Assembly (NCBI GenBank): GCA_039738635.1
Contig: JBCLLN010000001.1
Span: 42,806-106,805 of the forward strand
DNA: 64,000 nt
Origin: Candidatus Saccharimonadia bacterium
GTDB lineage: Bacteria > Patescibacteriota > Saccharimonadia > CAILAD01 > BJGX01
Reading direction: 5' to 3'
Shown here: positions 1-10,038 of the stretch, in pieces
Layout of the letters: each line of letters begins with the position of its first letter
Numbering within the stretch: the first letter of the stretch is position 1
Translations under genes and position numbers: made by a program
The notes under the pieces: generated by a model
What the model was told of the DNA's origin: nothing
The model's input: the letters and a program-made list of their open reading frames with translations, nothing else
Databases searched by the model: none

Positions 1-438
1 AAATATTTTGAATGGGAAAGAAAAGGCATTCCACTCAGGCTTGAAGTTGGACCTAAAGATATTCAAAAAGAATCAGTTGTAGTCGTGGACAGAATCCTAG
101 GCAAGAAGGAGTTTGTTCAAAATGTAAAAAGAGCTCCTTATATAAAGGAAAGTTTGGAAAATATGCAAAAAACCTTACTCGAGAAATCAAGAAAGTTTAG
201 GTTAGAAAATACTCGTGAGGTTTCAGATTATGAAGAATTTAAAAAAGTTATGAATGAAAAATCCGGTTTTATCTTTGCTCATTTATGTTTGAATAAAAAT
301 TGCGAGGAAAAAATAAAAGAAGAGACAAACGCTAGCAGTAGATGTATCCCTTTTGATGGGGGTCTAGATAATACTGGTAAATGTATTTATTGCAAGAAGG
401 ATGCTCCTAATAAAGTCTTGTTTGCGAAGGCTTATTAA
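1..438 (+). CDS. proS: Prolyl-tRNA synthetase, 3' portion (5' truncated at window edge); archaeal/eukaryotic-type with C-terminal Zn-binding domain ending in conserved Tyr
   Basis: Frame-1 ORF is open from base 1 with no stop until 436-438. The translation KYFEWERKGIPLRLEVGPKD...CKKDAPNKVLFAKAY matches the ProRS C-terminal region and the Cys-rich Zn-domain/terminal Tyr signature. Confidence 0.75.
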   Translation, partial: KYFEWERKGIPLRLEVGPKDIQKESVVVVDRILGKKEFVQNVKRAPYIKESLENMQKTLLEKSRKFRLENTREVSDYEEFKKVMNEKSGFIFAHLCLNKNCEEKIKEETNASSRCIPFDGGLDNTGKCIYCKKDAPNKVLFAKAY

Positions 439-446
439 TCTTCGTT

Positions 447-3400
447 ATGAAAAATGTAGTTTCTTATTTTGAAAATCAGGTTACTAAATATCCTGATAAG
501 ATCGCTATTGAATATAAAAATTCAGTTATCACCTATTCAAAACTTAATGAGAAGTCAAACGAGCTTGCTCATTATTTATTGGGACTCAATGTTAAAAAAG
601 ACGATACGATCGCCTTGTTTTTAAGCAAATCAGTCGGGATGATATCGAGTATTTTTGGTATAGAAAAAACAGGTTGCGCTTACTTGCCCATAAATACCAA
701 TTACCCGATCAGTCGAGTGTTAGATATTTTAAATGATTCAAAAAGTAGGGTTTTGGTGACTGAACATAAGTTTAAAAATATAGCTCTGGAAGTTTTCTAT
801 AATGCTCCAATTGTAGAAAAGTTGATTTTTCTCGACAAGGATAATGGGCCTAAGACAGATTTCACCAATAGTAAAAAGTTATGGAATTTCGTATCCACTA
901 AAGATGATTTAATAGAATCTTCCGGATGGATTAGTAGTTATACGAAAAAGCCATTTAGTCGTTTAGAAATTGATGAACTGGTCGGAAATGTTGTTTCAAA
1001 AATTTCCGCTAATCTTAATAAAGATGCTACGGTATTGGAAATCGGGTCAGGTAGTGGTCTGATCGTAAAAGAAATAGCTCCAAAAGTGAGCAAGTACATT
1101 TGCGCGGACATATCTGACATAGTTTTGAAAAAATCAAAACAAATATTTCAGCATGAAGGAATAAATAATGTCGAATTTTTGCAAATAGATAATAACAACG
1201 CCTTTGATTTGAAGGATAAAGTAGATGTTGTAATTATTAACAGCGTTGTTCAATTTTATATAAACTATGGCGAATTAGAAAAAGTAATATTGCATTGTTT
1301 AGATAAGATAAATGAAGGGGGCATTGTTTTTATTGGCGATATTAGAGACCCTGAATTACGGGATTCCTTTTATGAGTCATTGTTACAGGAAAGTGAATCT
1401 ACCATTGATAAGAGCAGAGTCAATGCTATTGCCTTGAAGAAAAGTCTCGATAAAGATTTGTATGTGAACAAAAAATTCTTTATTGAGCTTTCAAAAAAAG
1501 CCACGAGAGTAAAATCCGTGGAGCTTTCCAATAAAATTGGCAAGCTCAAGAACGAGCTTTCGCTGTATAGGTATGACGTAGTCATTAAAAAGAAAAATAA
1601 TAGTACATCAAAAAATCTTGATAATTCAATAGTGTGTTTACCTGACATAAGGCATCTATCTGTTAATAATCCAAATATTGCAATTGATAATCAACAACTT
1701 GCGTATGTGATCTATACATCTGGTTCAACTGGAAAGCCCAAAGGAGTAATGATTGAACATGGTTCATTGTTCAACAGACTCAATTGGATGCAGAATGAAT
1801 ATTTTTTAGATGGGAATGATAAGATACTATTCAAGACCCCATATTCGTTTGATGTTTCTGTTTGGGAAATATTTTGGTGGTCGATGTACGGTTCACAACT
1901 CGTAATTCTTGAGGATGGCTTCGAGGGTGACCCACAAAAAATATTGGAAATAATTAGGATAAAAAATGTATCTATTTTGCATTTTGTTCCGTCGATGTTG
2001 AACGTGTTTCTTTCTTACATTGATACAAACAAAATTAATCTCTCCAGCGCCTCCCCTAAAAAGGTTTTTACGAGTGGTGAGACTTTGACGGTCGATAGTG
2101 TGAATAGATTTAAAAGATTGTTCAGCGTAAACGGCACAGAACTCCATAATCTTTATGGTCCCACAGAAGCTGCTATCGATGTCACGTATTTTGATTGCGA
2201 CAATCTATCTAAATCGAGCAAATTTGTACCTATCGGTAAGTCTATTCCTAATAATAAGGTTTTCATTGCCGACAAGAATCTAAACAAGGTGCCAAAGGGT
2301 GAAGAAGGTGAAATAGTAATTCAGGGAATAAATTTAGCAAGAGGTTACCTTAATAGTAAAGTAAAGACTGATGAGAGTTTTGTTATAGATCCATTTGGTG
2401 TTAGGACGTACAAGACCGGAGATTTTGGGGTTGAGCTTCCTGATGGAAATATTAAGTATTTGGGCCGTAAAGATAATCAGGTAAAAATCAGGGGTAATAG
2501 AATAGAGTTGGATGAAATTTGGAAAGTGATTTTGGAGAACTCGAGTATTCCAGAGTGTTGCGTTATTGATAGTGATGAGTTAAATGAGGATAAAAAAGTA
2601 ATCTGCTTCTACATATCCAACCAACCAATACACGAAGAAGGTCTTGTTCAAATTTTAGGACGTTATCTTCCAGCTTATTCCATTCCAAATCTTTTTATCA
2701 AAATTATAGAAATACCTACAACTTTACACGGAAAACTGGACAGAAACAAGTTGTTAAGTCTAGTTAATCAGGATGTTTCTATTGTTGCTGATAGTGAACA
2801 AAAAACATATACACAAACCCAACAATCTATTATTAAAATACTAAAGAATCATCTCAAAACAAAAGTAGGGATTGATTCTGATTTTTTCAGAATGGGTGGC
2901 AATTCCCTGCTTGCAATGGTTGTTATCAATGAAATTAACACCGAATTTAAAATAAAATTGTCAATAAGCTCTTTCTTTAAAAATCCGACTCCGTCGAAAC
3001 TTGCACATATCATTGATACACAAGAAAAGGAATTACGAAATGTAAATTTTAATCTGAAAATTCCAGCCGGAATATACCCTGCAAGCCATAATCAGATAAG
3101 AAGTTTTTTTCTTAATAACCTCGATAATTTTAGATTTTATAACATTGTGCAAGTTTGCGAATTGACTGCAAACACTGATTTAGATCGCCTAGAAAAGGCA
3201 ATAGAACTTGCTTTAAATAGCCATGACATTTTCAGAACTCTCCTTGTTGAGCACAAAGGTGGCATTTATCAAAAAATAGATAAATCTTCGAAGATAAAAG
3301 TGTCGCGACTTGAACTGGATGAAGTCGGGATGGAACAATTTATCAAAAAACAAAAAGAGTCTAGGATTGATCTGTGTAAAGATTTACCGATAAAGATTTT

Positions 3401-6400
3401 TCTAATAAAGAAAGGGCTGAAAAATCTTTTACTAATGAATATTCATCATTCAGCTTGCGATGCCAGGTCCCTTGAAATTTTAAACACCCAAATTTCCAAG
3501 TTTTATATAGATCCAAATAGTAAAGGTGGTAACCTGCCTAGCACATATATTGATTTTTCTTTGGCCGAAAGAGATACGGTGGCAATTGAAATGGAGAAGT
3601 CAGAATTTTTCTGGAGAAACTACTTACATGCATATACAGATACAAAATTGCCTATTGATCTAAATTTCAAAAGAGATGGCACTTCGGATGGATCACGATT
3701 ATTGAAACTCAAGATTAGTAAGAGTATTTCTAAAAGCATTTTAAAATATTGCCATAATAATGGCATTACAGAATTTAACCTTTTTATAACGCTTTTCACC
3801 ATTTTCTTATCAAAGATATCTTCCGAGCCAGAAGTTATTATAGGCACACCTATCGCCAATCGTATTGAAGAAAATTTTTGGGAAACCATTGGGTACTTTA
3901 CAAACACCGCACCCTTAAGGCTCAAGGTTGATAATAAATCAAGCTTTAGAGAACTATGTTCAGCCTTCAGGGGAAACTACTTGGAATGCATGGATAACGC
4001 TTTTGTTCCTTTTGACAAACTTATCGACAAGATAGGAGTTAAAAGAATTCCAAATACAAACCCTGTTTTTCAAACGCTATTTAGCTTCAAGGAAGCCTCC
4101 ACATTAAGGGAAGATTATATTCTTTCTGGGTCGCAGATAGTTTCTGATGAAGCTGGAGATATGAGTTTGATTTTTGACGTGATAAAGAGAGAAGCTAATT
4201 TTGAAATAAACTTAAGATTCAATTCTAAATTATTTCTACAGGATACTGTCAATAGATTTTTAGAGCACTTCGAGATCTTGGTACAAGCTATCTTTTCACA
4301 AGATATGGTTGATACGGAAATCGGAAAAATTAAAATAATGAATGAGAGACAAACCAAAGAGATAATTAGATTGTCTACGGGCAAAAGAGTGCCGTTTAAT
4401 AAAAAAAAGAAACTTTTCGATTATATTATAGAAGGTGCCCTCTTGAATCCGAAACGTATTGCCATCATCGATCATGACCGTTCTATAACGTACAAGGAAT
4501 TGGCTGAAAGAATCTTTAATTACGCCTATTTCTTGAAACAAAATGGGATAAAAGAGGGTGATTCTGTTCCAGTGATCATGGATAGGAATATTGCTTCGCT
4601 GGTATCAATATATTCAGTTATGTATTGTGGAGCGGCATATATACCCGTTGTTCCAGAGTATCCTGTCGAGAGAATCAGAAATATTATTGAAAGTAACGGG
4701 ATTTCAACTATTGTGAATGCAAGTAATTCTCACGAACTTGAAACCGAGCTAAGGAAAACATCACCCGAATTGTCTTGGTTGGATTACGCCGAGAATATCA
4801 GTGATATAAAGGCATTAGCTTTCAAAATCAAAAGGGATGAAGCAGATATTGCCTGTATATTTTATACATCCGGCTCAACGGGCAAACCAAAGGGTATTCT
4901 GTGTCCCCATTCTGGATATATAAATATTTTTGATTACATCGCACAAAAATATTCTTTAACCAAGAAGACGGTAGCTGGTCATACCTCCAATTTTACATTT
5001 GATATTTCTCTCGGGGTAATGAACGCCGTGTTCAGCAAGGGCGGTACTCTGATGCTATTTTCGTCCGATGAACTAAAAGATCCTGAACAAATCAGGATGG
5101 GTTTGATAAGAAACAAAATTAACTTTGTGCATTTTGTACCTACCATCCTAAATCATTTAAATCTAGAAGACATAGAATTGGAGTCCCTCGCTTCGGGTGC
5201 TGAAAAAATTTCACCGAGTTTAGCAAAAAGTTTATCTACCAAATTCAGTTTTTTCTTTGAGTACGGTCCGACTGAATCATCAATTTTTACAACAGTGTGG
5301 CAAAGGAGTGGTGAAGAGGTCATTGACGTAGTCCCTATCGGGAAACCAGTTGACAATACTAGAGTATATATTTTGGATGAGAATTTAAATTTCGTGCCAG
5401 TCGGAACTCCTGGCGAGATTTATATTGCTGGCGTTGGGGTGTCTAATGGGTATTTGAATGATCTTGATAAGACAAAAGAAGTTTTTATTCAGGACAAACT
5501 GAAGCCGACACAATACATGTATAAAACCGGGGATATCGGAAAATTTATTCATGACGGCAACATCGTATTCCTAGGCAGAAAAGACAATCAGATAAAAATC
5601 GGTGGTTACAGAATTGAAATCGGTGAAATCGAGAATCTGGCATTGAAGCACGAAGATGTATCCTCTTGTTTTGTTGACCTTCAAACAAATGACTCTGGAT
5701 TTTCAAGTATTATTTTGTACTACTCCTCAAAGAAAAAAATTGAGGGCCGAATTTTGAAAGCGTACTTGAGAGAATTCCTCCCTAATTACATGATCCCGGC
5801 TAAGGTGGTTTATGTGTCCAAGATGCCAAATAGGGTGAACGGGAAGATAGACGTCGATAAACTCAGACAAATCAAGGATGCATACGATATTCTCAACGAA
5901 GACTTAACACCAGAACAGAATATCATTAAAAATATATGGTGTAAGACACTAAACATTACCACACTAGATCTGTACAGTGACTTTTTTGAATTGGGCGGTA
6001 GTTCTTTGAAGATACTAGAGACAATCTATTATTTAAGGAAGGACTGTAATATAACTGTCTCAGTATCTGATTTTTACAGAAATACTATATTCAAAAACTT
6101 TTGTGATATTGTTTACTCTAAAAATGAACCTACTGGTGAGATGGCTAAAAATTTATTTGAAAAACCGATAAAACAAAAAATTAAAATACGAAATTTAACA
6201 ACAAGCAATAAAAAGGTTTTATTGACGGGCTCCACTGGTTTTCTTGGTGCACATATACTTAAGGAATTGATCGTTTCAGATTATTTCAGTAGTATTTGCT
6301 TACTTTTGCGCGGTCGAGATTTATTTGAAGCAGAGGGTAAAATTAGAGAAGAATTTAAGTTTTATTATCCCCATATAGATTTAGCAAAGACCAAGGTGAT

Positions 6401-7256
6401 CTTGGGTGAGCTTTCCATTAAGGATCTGGGAGTATCCAAAAAAGATAAATCGATTTTAACGGATGTCGACATCATAATTAATTGTGCAGCTAAAGTGCAG
6501 CATCTTGGAAAGCAAGAGGACTTTGAAAAGATCAATGCATATTCAGTAAAAAACATCATTGAAACTATAGGAAAGAAAGATCTTGAGTTTATTCAAATAT
6601 CTACATTGTCAATATTTGGAAAAGCACCTAATGACAGGGATGTTGTTTATGAGAATGACCTAGGAATAGGTCAAACTTTTCATAATTTTTATGACGAGAC
6701 GAAATTTAAGGCAGAGGTTTATCTAGAAGATTTTTATAAATCTGGGGGTAGAGGCGGTATTTTTAGATTGGGAAATATCATGAATGAATCTGACACAGGG
6801 CTTATGCAGAAGAATCTTGAAGAAAACGCATTCACGATGATGTTTCAATCAATTATCAACACAAAGAATCTTTGGGGGTTAGATAAGTATATAACAAATA
6901 TATCGCCAGTCGATAAATGTGCTGAATTTATTGTTAAATCAATCTGTAATTATAATTTACAAGGCAATACTGTTAATGTTTATAATCCAAATCTTATTTC
7001 CATGGGCGAATTAGTACAATTCGTAAACCACATGGGAAAATACGATATATCTGAGCTAAACAATGAGTCGGAAATGCCTGAAAAATATGTACCCTACTTA
7101 ACTAATTACTTAAATGCGGAAAAAAGAAGTGCTGTAAGGTACGATAGCACCAACTTCAATAAAATAGCAGAAGATCTGAAGTTTTCTTGGCCAATAATAG
7201 ACGCACCCTATGTGTCAAAAATTATTAAGTATATGATAAAATGTAAAATAATATGA
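447..7256 (+). CDS. Two-module non-ribosomal peptide synthetase: A(MT-interrupted)-T-C-A-T-R
   Basis: A1: A3 motif YTSGSTGKPKGV near nt 1714, NLYGPTE, YKTGD, GRKDNQVKIRGNRIELDEI. SAM-MT motif I VLEIGSGSG near nt 1032, inserted between A2 (AYLPINTNYP) and A3. T1: FFRMGGNSLLA near nt 2883. C: HHSACDA near nt 3445. A2: YTSGSTGKPKGI near nt 4862, EYGPTE, YKTGDIG, GRKDNQIKIGGYRIEIGEIE. T2: FFELGGSSL near nt 5982. R: Rossmann LLTGSTGFLGAHIL near nt 6221. Confidence 0.9.
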   Translation: MKNVVSYFENQVTKYPDKIAIEYKNSVITYSKLNEKSNELAHYLLGLNVKKDDTIALFLSKSVGMISSIFGIEKTGCAYLPINTNYPISRVLDILNDSKSRVLVTEHKFKNIALEVFYNAPIVEKLIFLDKDNGPKTDFTNSKKLWNFVSTKDDLIESSGWISSYTKKPFSRLEIDELVGNVVSKISANLNKDATVLEIGSGSGLIVKEIAPKVSKYICADISDIVLKKSKQIFQHEGINNVEFLQIDNNNAFDLKDKVDVVIINSVVQFYINYGELEKVILHCLDKINEGGIVFIGDIRDPELRDSFYESLLQESESTIDKSRVNAIALKKSLDKDLYVNKKFFIELSKKATRVKSVELSNKIGKLKNELSLYRYDVVIKKKNNSTSKNLDNSIVCLPDIRHLSVNNPNIAIDNQQLAYVIYTSGSTGKPKGVMIEHGSLFNRLNWMQNEYFLDGNDKILFKTPYSFDVSVWEIFWWSMYGSQLVILEDGFEGDPQKILEIIRIKNVSILHFVPSMLNVFLSYIDTNKINLSSASPKKVFTSGETLTVDSVNRFKRLFSVNGTELHNLYGPTEAAIDVTYFDCDNLSKSSKFVPIGKSIPNNKVFIADKNLNKVPKGEEGEIVIQGINLARGYLNSKVKTDESFVIDPFGVRTYKTGDFGVELPDGNIKYLGRKDNQVKIRGNRIELDEIWKVILENSSIPECCVIDSDELNEDKKVICFYISNQPIHEEGLVQILGRYLPAYSIPNLFIKIIEIPTTLHGKLDRNKLLSLVNQDVSIVADSEQKTYTQTQQSIIKILKNHLKTKVGIDSDFFRMGGNSLLAMVVINEINTEFKIKLSISSFFKNPTPSKLAHIIDTQEKELRNVNFNLKIPAGIYPASHNQIRSFFLNNLDNFRFYNIVQVCELTANTDLDRLEKAIELALNSHDIFRTLLVEHKGGIYQKIDKSSKIKVSRLELDEVGMEQFIKKQKESRIDLCKDLPIKIFLIKKGLKNLLLMNIHHSACDARSLEILNTQISKFYIDPNSKGGNLPSTYIDFSLAERDTVAIEMEKSEFFWRNYLHAYTDTKLPIDLNFKRDGTSDGSRLLKLKISKSISKSILKYCHNNGITEFNLFITLFTIFLSKISSEPEVIIGTPIANRIEENFWETIGYFTNTAPLRLKVDNKSSFRELCSAFRGNYLECMDNAFVPFDKLIDKIGVKRIPNTNPVFQTLFSFKEASTLREDYILSGSQIVSDEAGDMSLIFDVIKREANFEINLRFNSKLFLQDTVNRFLEHFEILVQAIFSQDMVDTEIGKIKIMNERQTKEIIRLSTGKRVPFNKKKKLFDYIIEGALLNPKRIAIIDHDRSITYKELAERIFNYAYFLKQNGIKEGDSVPVIMDRNIASLVSIYSVMYCGAAYIPVVPEYPVERIRNIIESNGISTIVNASNSHELETELRKTSPELSWLDYAENISDIKALAFKIKRDEADIACIFYTSGSTGKPKGILCPHSGYINIFDYIAQKYSLTKKTVAGHTSNFTFDISLGVMNAVFSKGGTLMLFSSDELKDPEQIRMGLIRNKINFVHFVPTILNHLNLEDIELESLASGAEKISPSLAKSLSTKFSFFFEYGPTESSIFTTVWQRSGEEVIDVVPIGKPVDNTRVYILDENLNFVPVGTPGEIYIAGVGVSNGYLNDLDKTKEVFIQDKLKPTQYMYKTGDIGKFIHDGNIVFLGRKDNQIKIGGYRIEIGEIENLALKHEDVSSCFVDLQTNDSGFSSIILYYSSKKKIEGRILKAYLREFLPNYMIPAKVVYVSKMPNRVNGKIDVDKLRQIKDAYDILNEDLTPEQNIIKNIWCKTLNITTLDLYSDFFELGGSSLKILETIYYLRKDCNITVSVSDFYRNTIFKNFCDIVYSKNEPTGEMAKNLFEKPIKQKIKIRNLTTSNKKVLLTGSTGFLGAHILKELIVSDYFSSICLLLRGRDLFEAEGKIREEFKFYYPHIDLAKTKVILGELSIKDLGVSKKDKSILTDVDIIINCAAKVQHLGKQEDFEKINAYSVKNIIETIGKKDLEFIQISTLSIFGKAPNDRDVVYENDLGIGQTFHNFYDETKFKAEVYLEDFYKSGGRGGIFRLGNIMNESDTGLMQKNLEENAFTMMFQSIINTKNLWGLDKYITNISPVDKCAEFIVKSICNYNLQGNTVNVYNPNLISMGELVQFVNHMGKYDISELNNESEMPEKYVPYLTNYLNAEKRSAVRYDSTNFNKIAEDLKFSWPIIDAPYVSKIIKYMIKCKII
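955..1350 (+). other. SAM-dependent methyltransferase domain embedded in NRPS A1 between core motifs A2 and A3 (approximate bounds)
   Basis: VLEIGSGSGLIVKEIA (motif I), DVVIINSV (motif II-like), NEGGIVFIGD (motif III-like). Flanked upstream by AYLPINTNY (A2) and downstream by YTSGSTGKPKG (A3). Confidence 0.7.
6180..7253 (+). other. C-terminal thioester reductase (R) domain of the NRPS, SDR-type, NAD(P)-binding (approximate bounds)
   Basis: KVLLTGSTGFLGAHILKEL (TGxxGxxG Rossmann motif) follows directly after the second PCP and runs to the stop; Y..K region YDETKFKAEVY. Confidence 0.7.
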
Positions 7257-8458
7257 GTAATATCTACAGTGAATTGTATCCTTTTCATTCTTGGGGAATG
7301 AAAATCGTAAGAGCAGAAGGAGTTTATTTATTTGATGAAGCTGGTAGAAAATTTATAGACTTAACTTCTTCTGCGAGTGTTGCAAATATTGGATATGCAA
7401 ACGAGAGAGTAATCTCAACGATGCGAACACAACTTGGTAAATTAATTTTCTGTCCGCCGTGGTGCATATCAGACGAAGCAGAAGAGCTCTCAGGAAAATT
7501 GATACGGTTATTTCCAAAATATTTGGATACGATTTTGAGAGTTACAACCGGCAGTGAATCCGTAGAAGTCGCTTTGAAGTTGGCGAAAAAATATACAGAA
7601 AGATCTAAATTTTTAAGTTTTGAACATTCTTATCATGGACACACAATCGCCTCAATGGCGATTGGCATGAATGATGGAACTAAGAAAGACTTCCTACCCC
7701 TCATAGAGTCAGACACATTGAAACATCCACACATTGCCAACGGGATACATATGACCGAATCAGATTTATCCAAGACTCTTGCTGAAATAGAAACAAGACT
7801 TAGTACAAAGGAATATGCGGCATTCGTTACGGAAACAATGGCTACAAGCGCGGGGAATTATATGCTTCCAAAAAGTTTTTTCGCGCACCTTAAAGAAATT
7901 TGTAGCAAATACGGGACATTATTGGTTATCGATGAAGTGTTAACAGGATTTGGAAGAGCTGGAAGAATGTTTTCTTTTGAAAGATTTGAAATCCAGCCAG
8001 ATATTGTTTGTATAGCCAAGGGGCTTGGGTGCGGTTATTCTCCGATAGCTGCCGCAATTACAAAAAAAGAAATTGCTGAAGGTTTTGATTATTTCGCAAC
8101 TTTCGCATGGAATCCATTAGCTTGTAAAACAGCGTCTGCTGTTTTAGATGAATATAAGAGATTAGATCTTGTAAAAAACTCTGAAAATGTGGGCTCAGAG
8201 GCTTTGTTGGAATTACAACAAAAACTTGGTAGCAATTTAAATGTTAAAGAAATTAGGGGGGCAGGCCTAAGGATCTCGATTGAGTTTAACAACGAACATT
8301 TCTTTAAGAAAGTAAAAGACAAGCTGTTGGTAAATGGTATTTTTTCTGGCTCGGCTGACTTGCCCAGTATATTAATTATTAGTCCGCCCCTATGTATTTC
8401 TTTAGAGGAAATGAAGTATGTTATTGCCACCATAGTTAATTGTGTTAACAATGAATAA
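7253..8458 (+). CDS. Class-III PLP-dependent aminotransferase (acetylornithine/GABA aminotransferase family)
   Basis: DEVLTGFGRAGRMF and PLP-lysine context CIAKGLGCG. ATGA start/stop overlap with the NRPS stop. Confidence 0.8.
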   Translation: MSNIYSELYPFHSWGMKIVRAEGVYLFDEAGRKFIDLTSSASVANIGYANERVISTMRTQLGKLIFCPPWCISDEAEELSGKLIRLFPKYLDTILRVTTGSESVEVALKLAKKYTERSKFLSFEHSYHGHTIASMAIGMNDGTKKDFLPLIESDTLKHPHIANGIHMTESDLSKTLAEIETRLSTKEYAAFVTETMATSAGNYMLPKSFFAHLKEICSKYGTLLVIDEVLTGFGRAGRMFSFERFEIQPDIVCIAKGLGCGYSPIAAAITKKEIAEGFDYFATFAWNPLACKTASAVLDEYKRLDLVKNSENVGSEALLELQQKLGSNLNVKEIRGAGLRISIEFNNEHFFKKVKDKLLVNGIFSGSADLPSILIISPPLCISLEEMKYVIATIVNCVNNE

Positions 8459-9104
8459 AATATCTGACGTGTTAATTTATCGGATCCCACTTACTAGAAC
8501 TGATAAATATACACCCAGAAATACAAATAATAATCTGCCATGTACTAACGCAAAAAATAAGTTTAGTGCAGGTCTTTACTTCTGCTCACTAATTTTGAAA
8601 AAAGATTTTAGAGTTTTTGCCAAAAAGTATATTTTCAATACAAATGGAAAGCCCATTTTGGAATCAGGAGAATGTGAATTTAGTATCTCCTATACGGATG
8701 ATCATGTATATATAGCAATAGTTAGAAGCGATATGATTGGTCTTGACGCTGAGAAGATTAAAGTTATTAATCTCAATGTTTCTAAGGAATTTATGTCAGA
8801 AAGAGAATTAGTAAAATTAAAGAGAACAACAAATAAATACAAATACTTCTATAAAATATGGACACTTAAGGAATCGTATATAAAACTCATTGGTTCAGGA
8901 ATTGATAATTCAATAACCGACATAGAATTTATCGAGGATAAAAACGGAAAAATCTCCATAGCTAAAGAAATTACCCCAAAAATATATTTTAGTAATTTTG
9001 TATCAAAAGATTGTATAATATCAGTTGCTTCGTTTAATTTAGTTAATTTCGAGATTATAGAATTTGATAACGCGAAAGAATTTTTAAAAAAATATGGCTA
9101 TTAA
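8451..9104 (+). CDS. Sfp-type 4'-phosphopantetheinyl transferase
   Basis: PPTase motifs GLDAEKI (GxD..E) and WTLKESYIKLIG (W/F-x-x-KE-x-x-x-K). The ORF begins at 8442; the ATG at 8451 (MNKISDVL) is chosen as start. Overlaps the aminotransferase stop. Confidence 0.7.
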   Translation: MNKISDVLIYRIPLTRTDKYTPRNTNNNLPCTNAKNKFSAGLYFCSLILKKDFRVFAKKYIFNTNGKPILESGECEFSISYTDDHVYIAIVRSDMIGLDAEKIKVINLNVSKEFMSERELVKLKRTTNKYKYFYKIWTLKESYIKLIGSGIDNSITDIEFIEDKNGKISIAKEITPKIYFSNFVSKDCIISVASFNLVNFEIIEFDNAKEFLKKYGY

Positions 9105-9840
9105 TACCCCAAATAACTTACCAGAGAAGCAATTAAAGGCATTTGCGGATATTGCAGAGAATCTTTTAAGTAATACAGAAATTGACACTTTATTTTTTTC
9201 AGGTTCTTTTTATCATGGCGACTCTGGACCTAATTCAGACCTAGATTTTATTGCAATTACGAAACCTGAATTTGATTATTCTCAGAGAATACAAGACATA
9301 AGTAATGGAATATTTTATGAACTATTTATTTATTCTGAAAATCAATTAAAAAAATCTTTTGAACGAATGGACTATCAGGACATGCATATGGTCGGTTATG
9401 GTTTCTTGGTTTTCTCAAAGAGTCAAAATTTTGAAAGTATTAAAAAACTTGCCAAAAGCTTGTTTGAAAAGGGACCAGCCAAGATATCAGATAATCAATT
9501 TGAATATGAAAAATATTTATTGTGGGATAAATATCATGATATTCTAGATATTATAATTAAGGATTCTAACTTAGCTGAGTCGCTTATGAATATATTGTTA
9601 TGGGATGCCCTAAGGCTTTTATATGTTGATAAGCGTATCTGGTTTCCTAAGCAGAAAAGATTATTTGAATCACTTATTAAGATTGATAGCGATATCTATA
9701 ACTTGGTTTGTGAGTTTCTAAATTCAGATAATGATAAGAAATATTTATTAGGTAATATTGCAAGAATAGTAGAAAATATAATTTACCCAAATAAACTTTC
9801 TGATCCGTTCATCTGGCAGAGTGAGAAAAAGGTCTTGTGA
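9094..9840 (+). CDS. Pol-beta-fold nucleotidyltransferase domain protein (aminoglycoside/KNTase-like NTase fold)
   Basis: FFSGSFYHGDSGPNSDLDFIAI fits the hG[GS]...D.D nucleotidyltransferase signature. Overlaps the PPTase gene by 11 nt, so it is the last gene of the operon. Confidence 0.5.
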   Translation: MAINTPNNLPEKQLKAFADIAENLLSNTEIDTLFFSGSFYHGDSGPNSDLDFIAITKPEFDYSQRIQDISNGIFYELFIYSENQLKKSFERMDYQDMHMVGYGFLVFSKSQNFESIKKLAKSLFEKGPAKISDNQFEYEKYLLWDKYHDILDIIIKDSNLAESLMNILLWDALRLLYVDKRIWFPKQKRLFESLIKIDSDIYNLVCEFLNSDNDKKYLLGNIARIVENIIYPNKLSDPFIWQSEKKVL

Positions 9841-10038
9841 TTATTTTGGCGAGGTTCCATCATCCTTCTGGGAACGTCGCGGTAAGATTATTGTTGATTC
9901 CCTACTCTGTATACTCATTCTAGCTATACTAGTTTTGGTTATTAAATTACTTAGCTCCTAATTGACTTATAATAACTGTATTAAGATGTTGGGAAACAAA
10001 ATTCACACTTAGTGGTTATAGTTAGGTGGTGGTTTTAA

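Noticed and set aside
938-6559. Several 60-100-aa antisense ORFs inside the NRPS gene (938..1120, 1370..1648, 1893..2147, 3620..3925, 4115..4541, 5153..5356, 6365..6559)
   Set aside because: They lie entirely within a gene whose catalytic motifs are all intact. AT-rich DNA produces such antisense ORFs by chance. No motifs were found.
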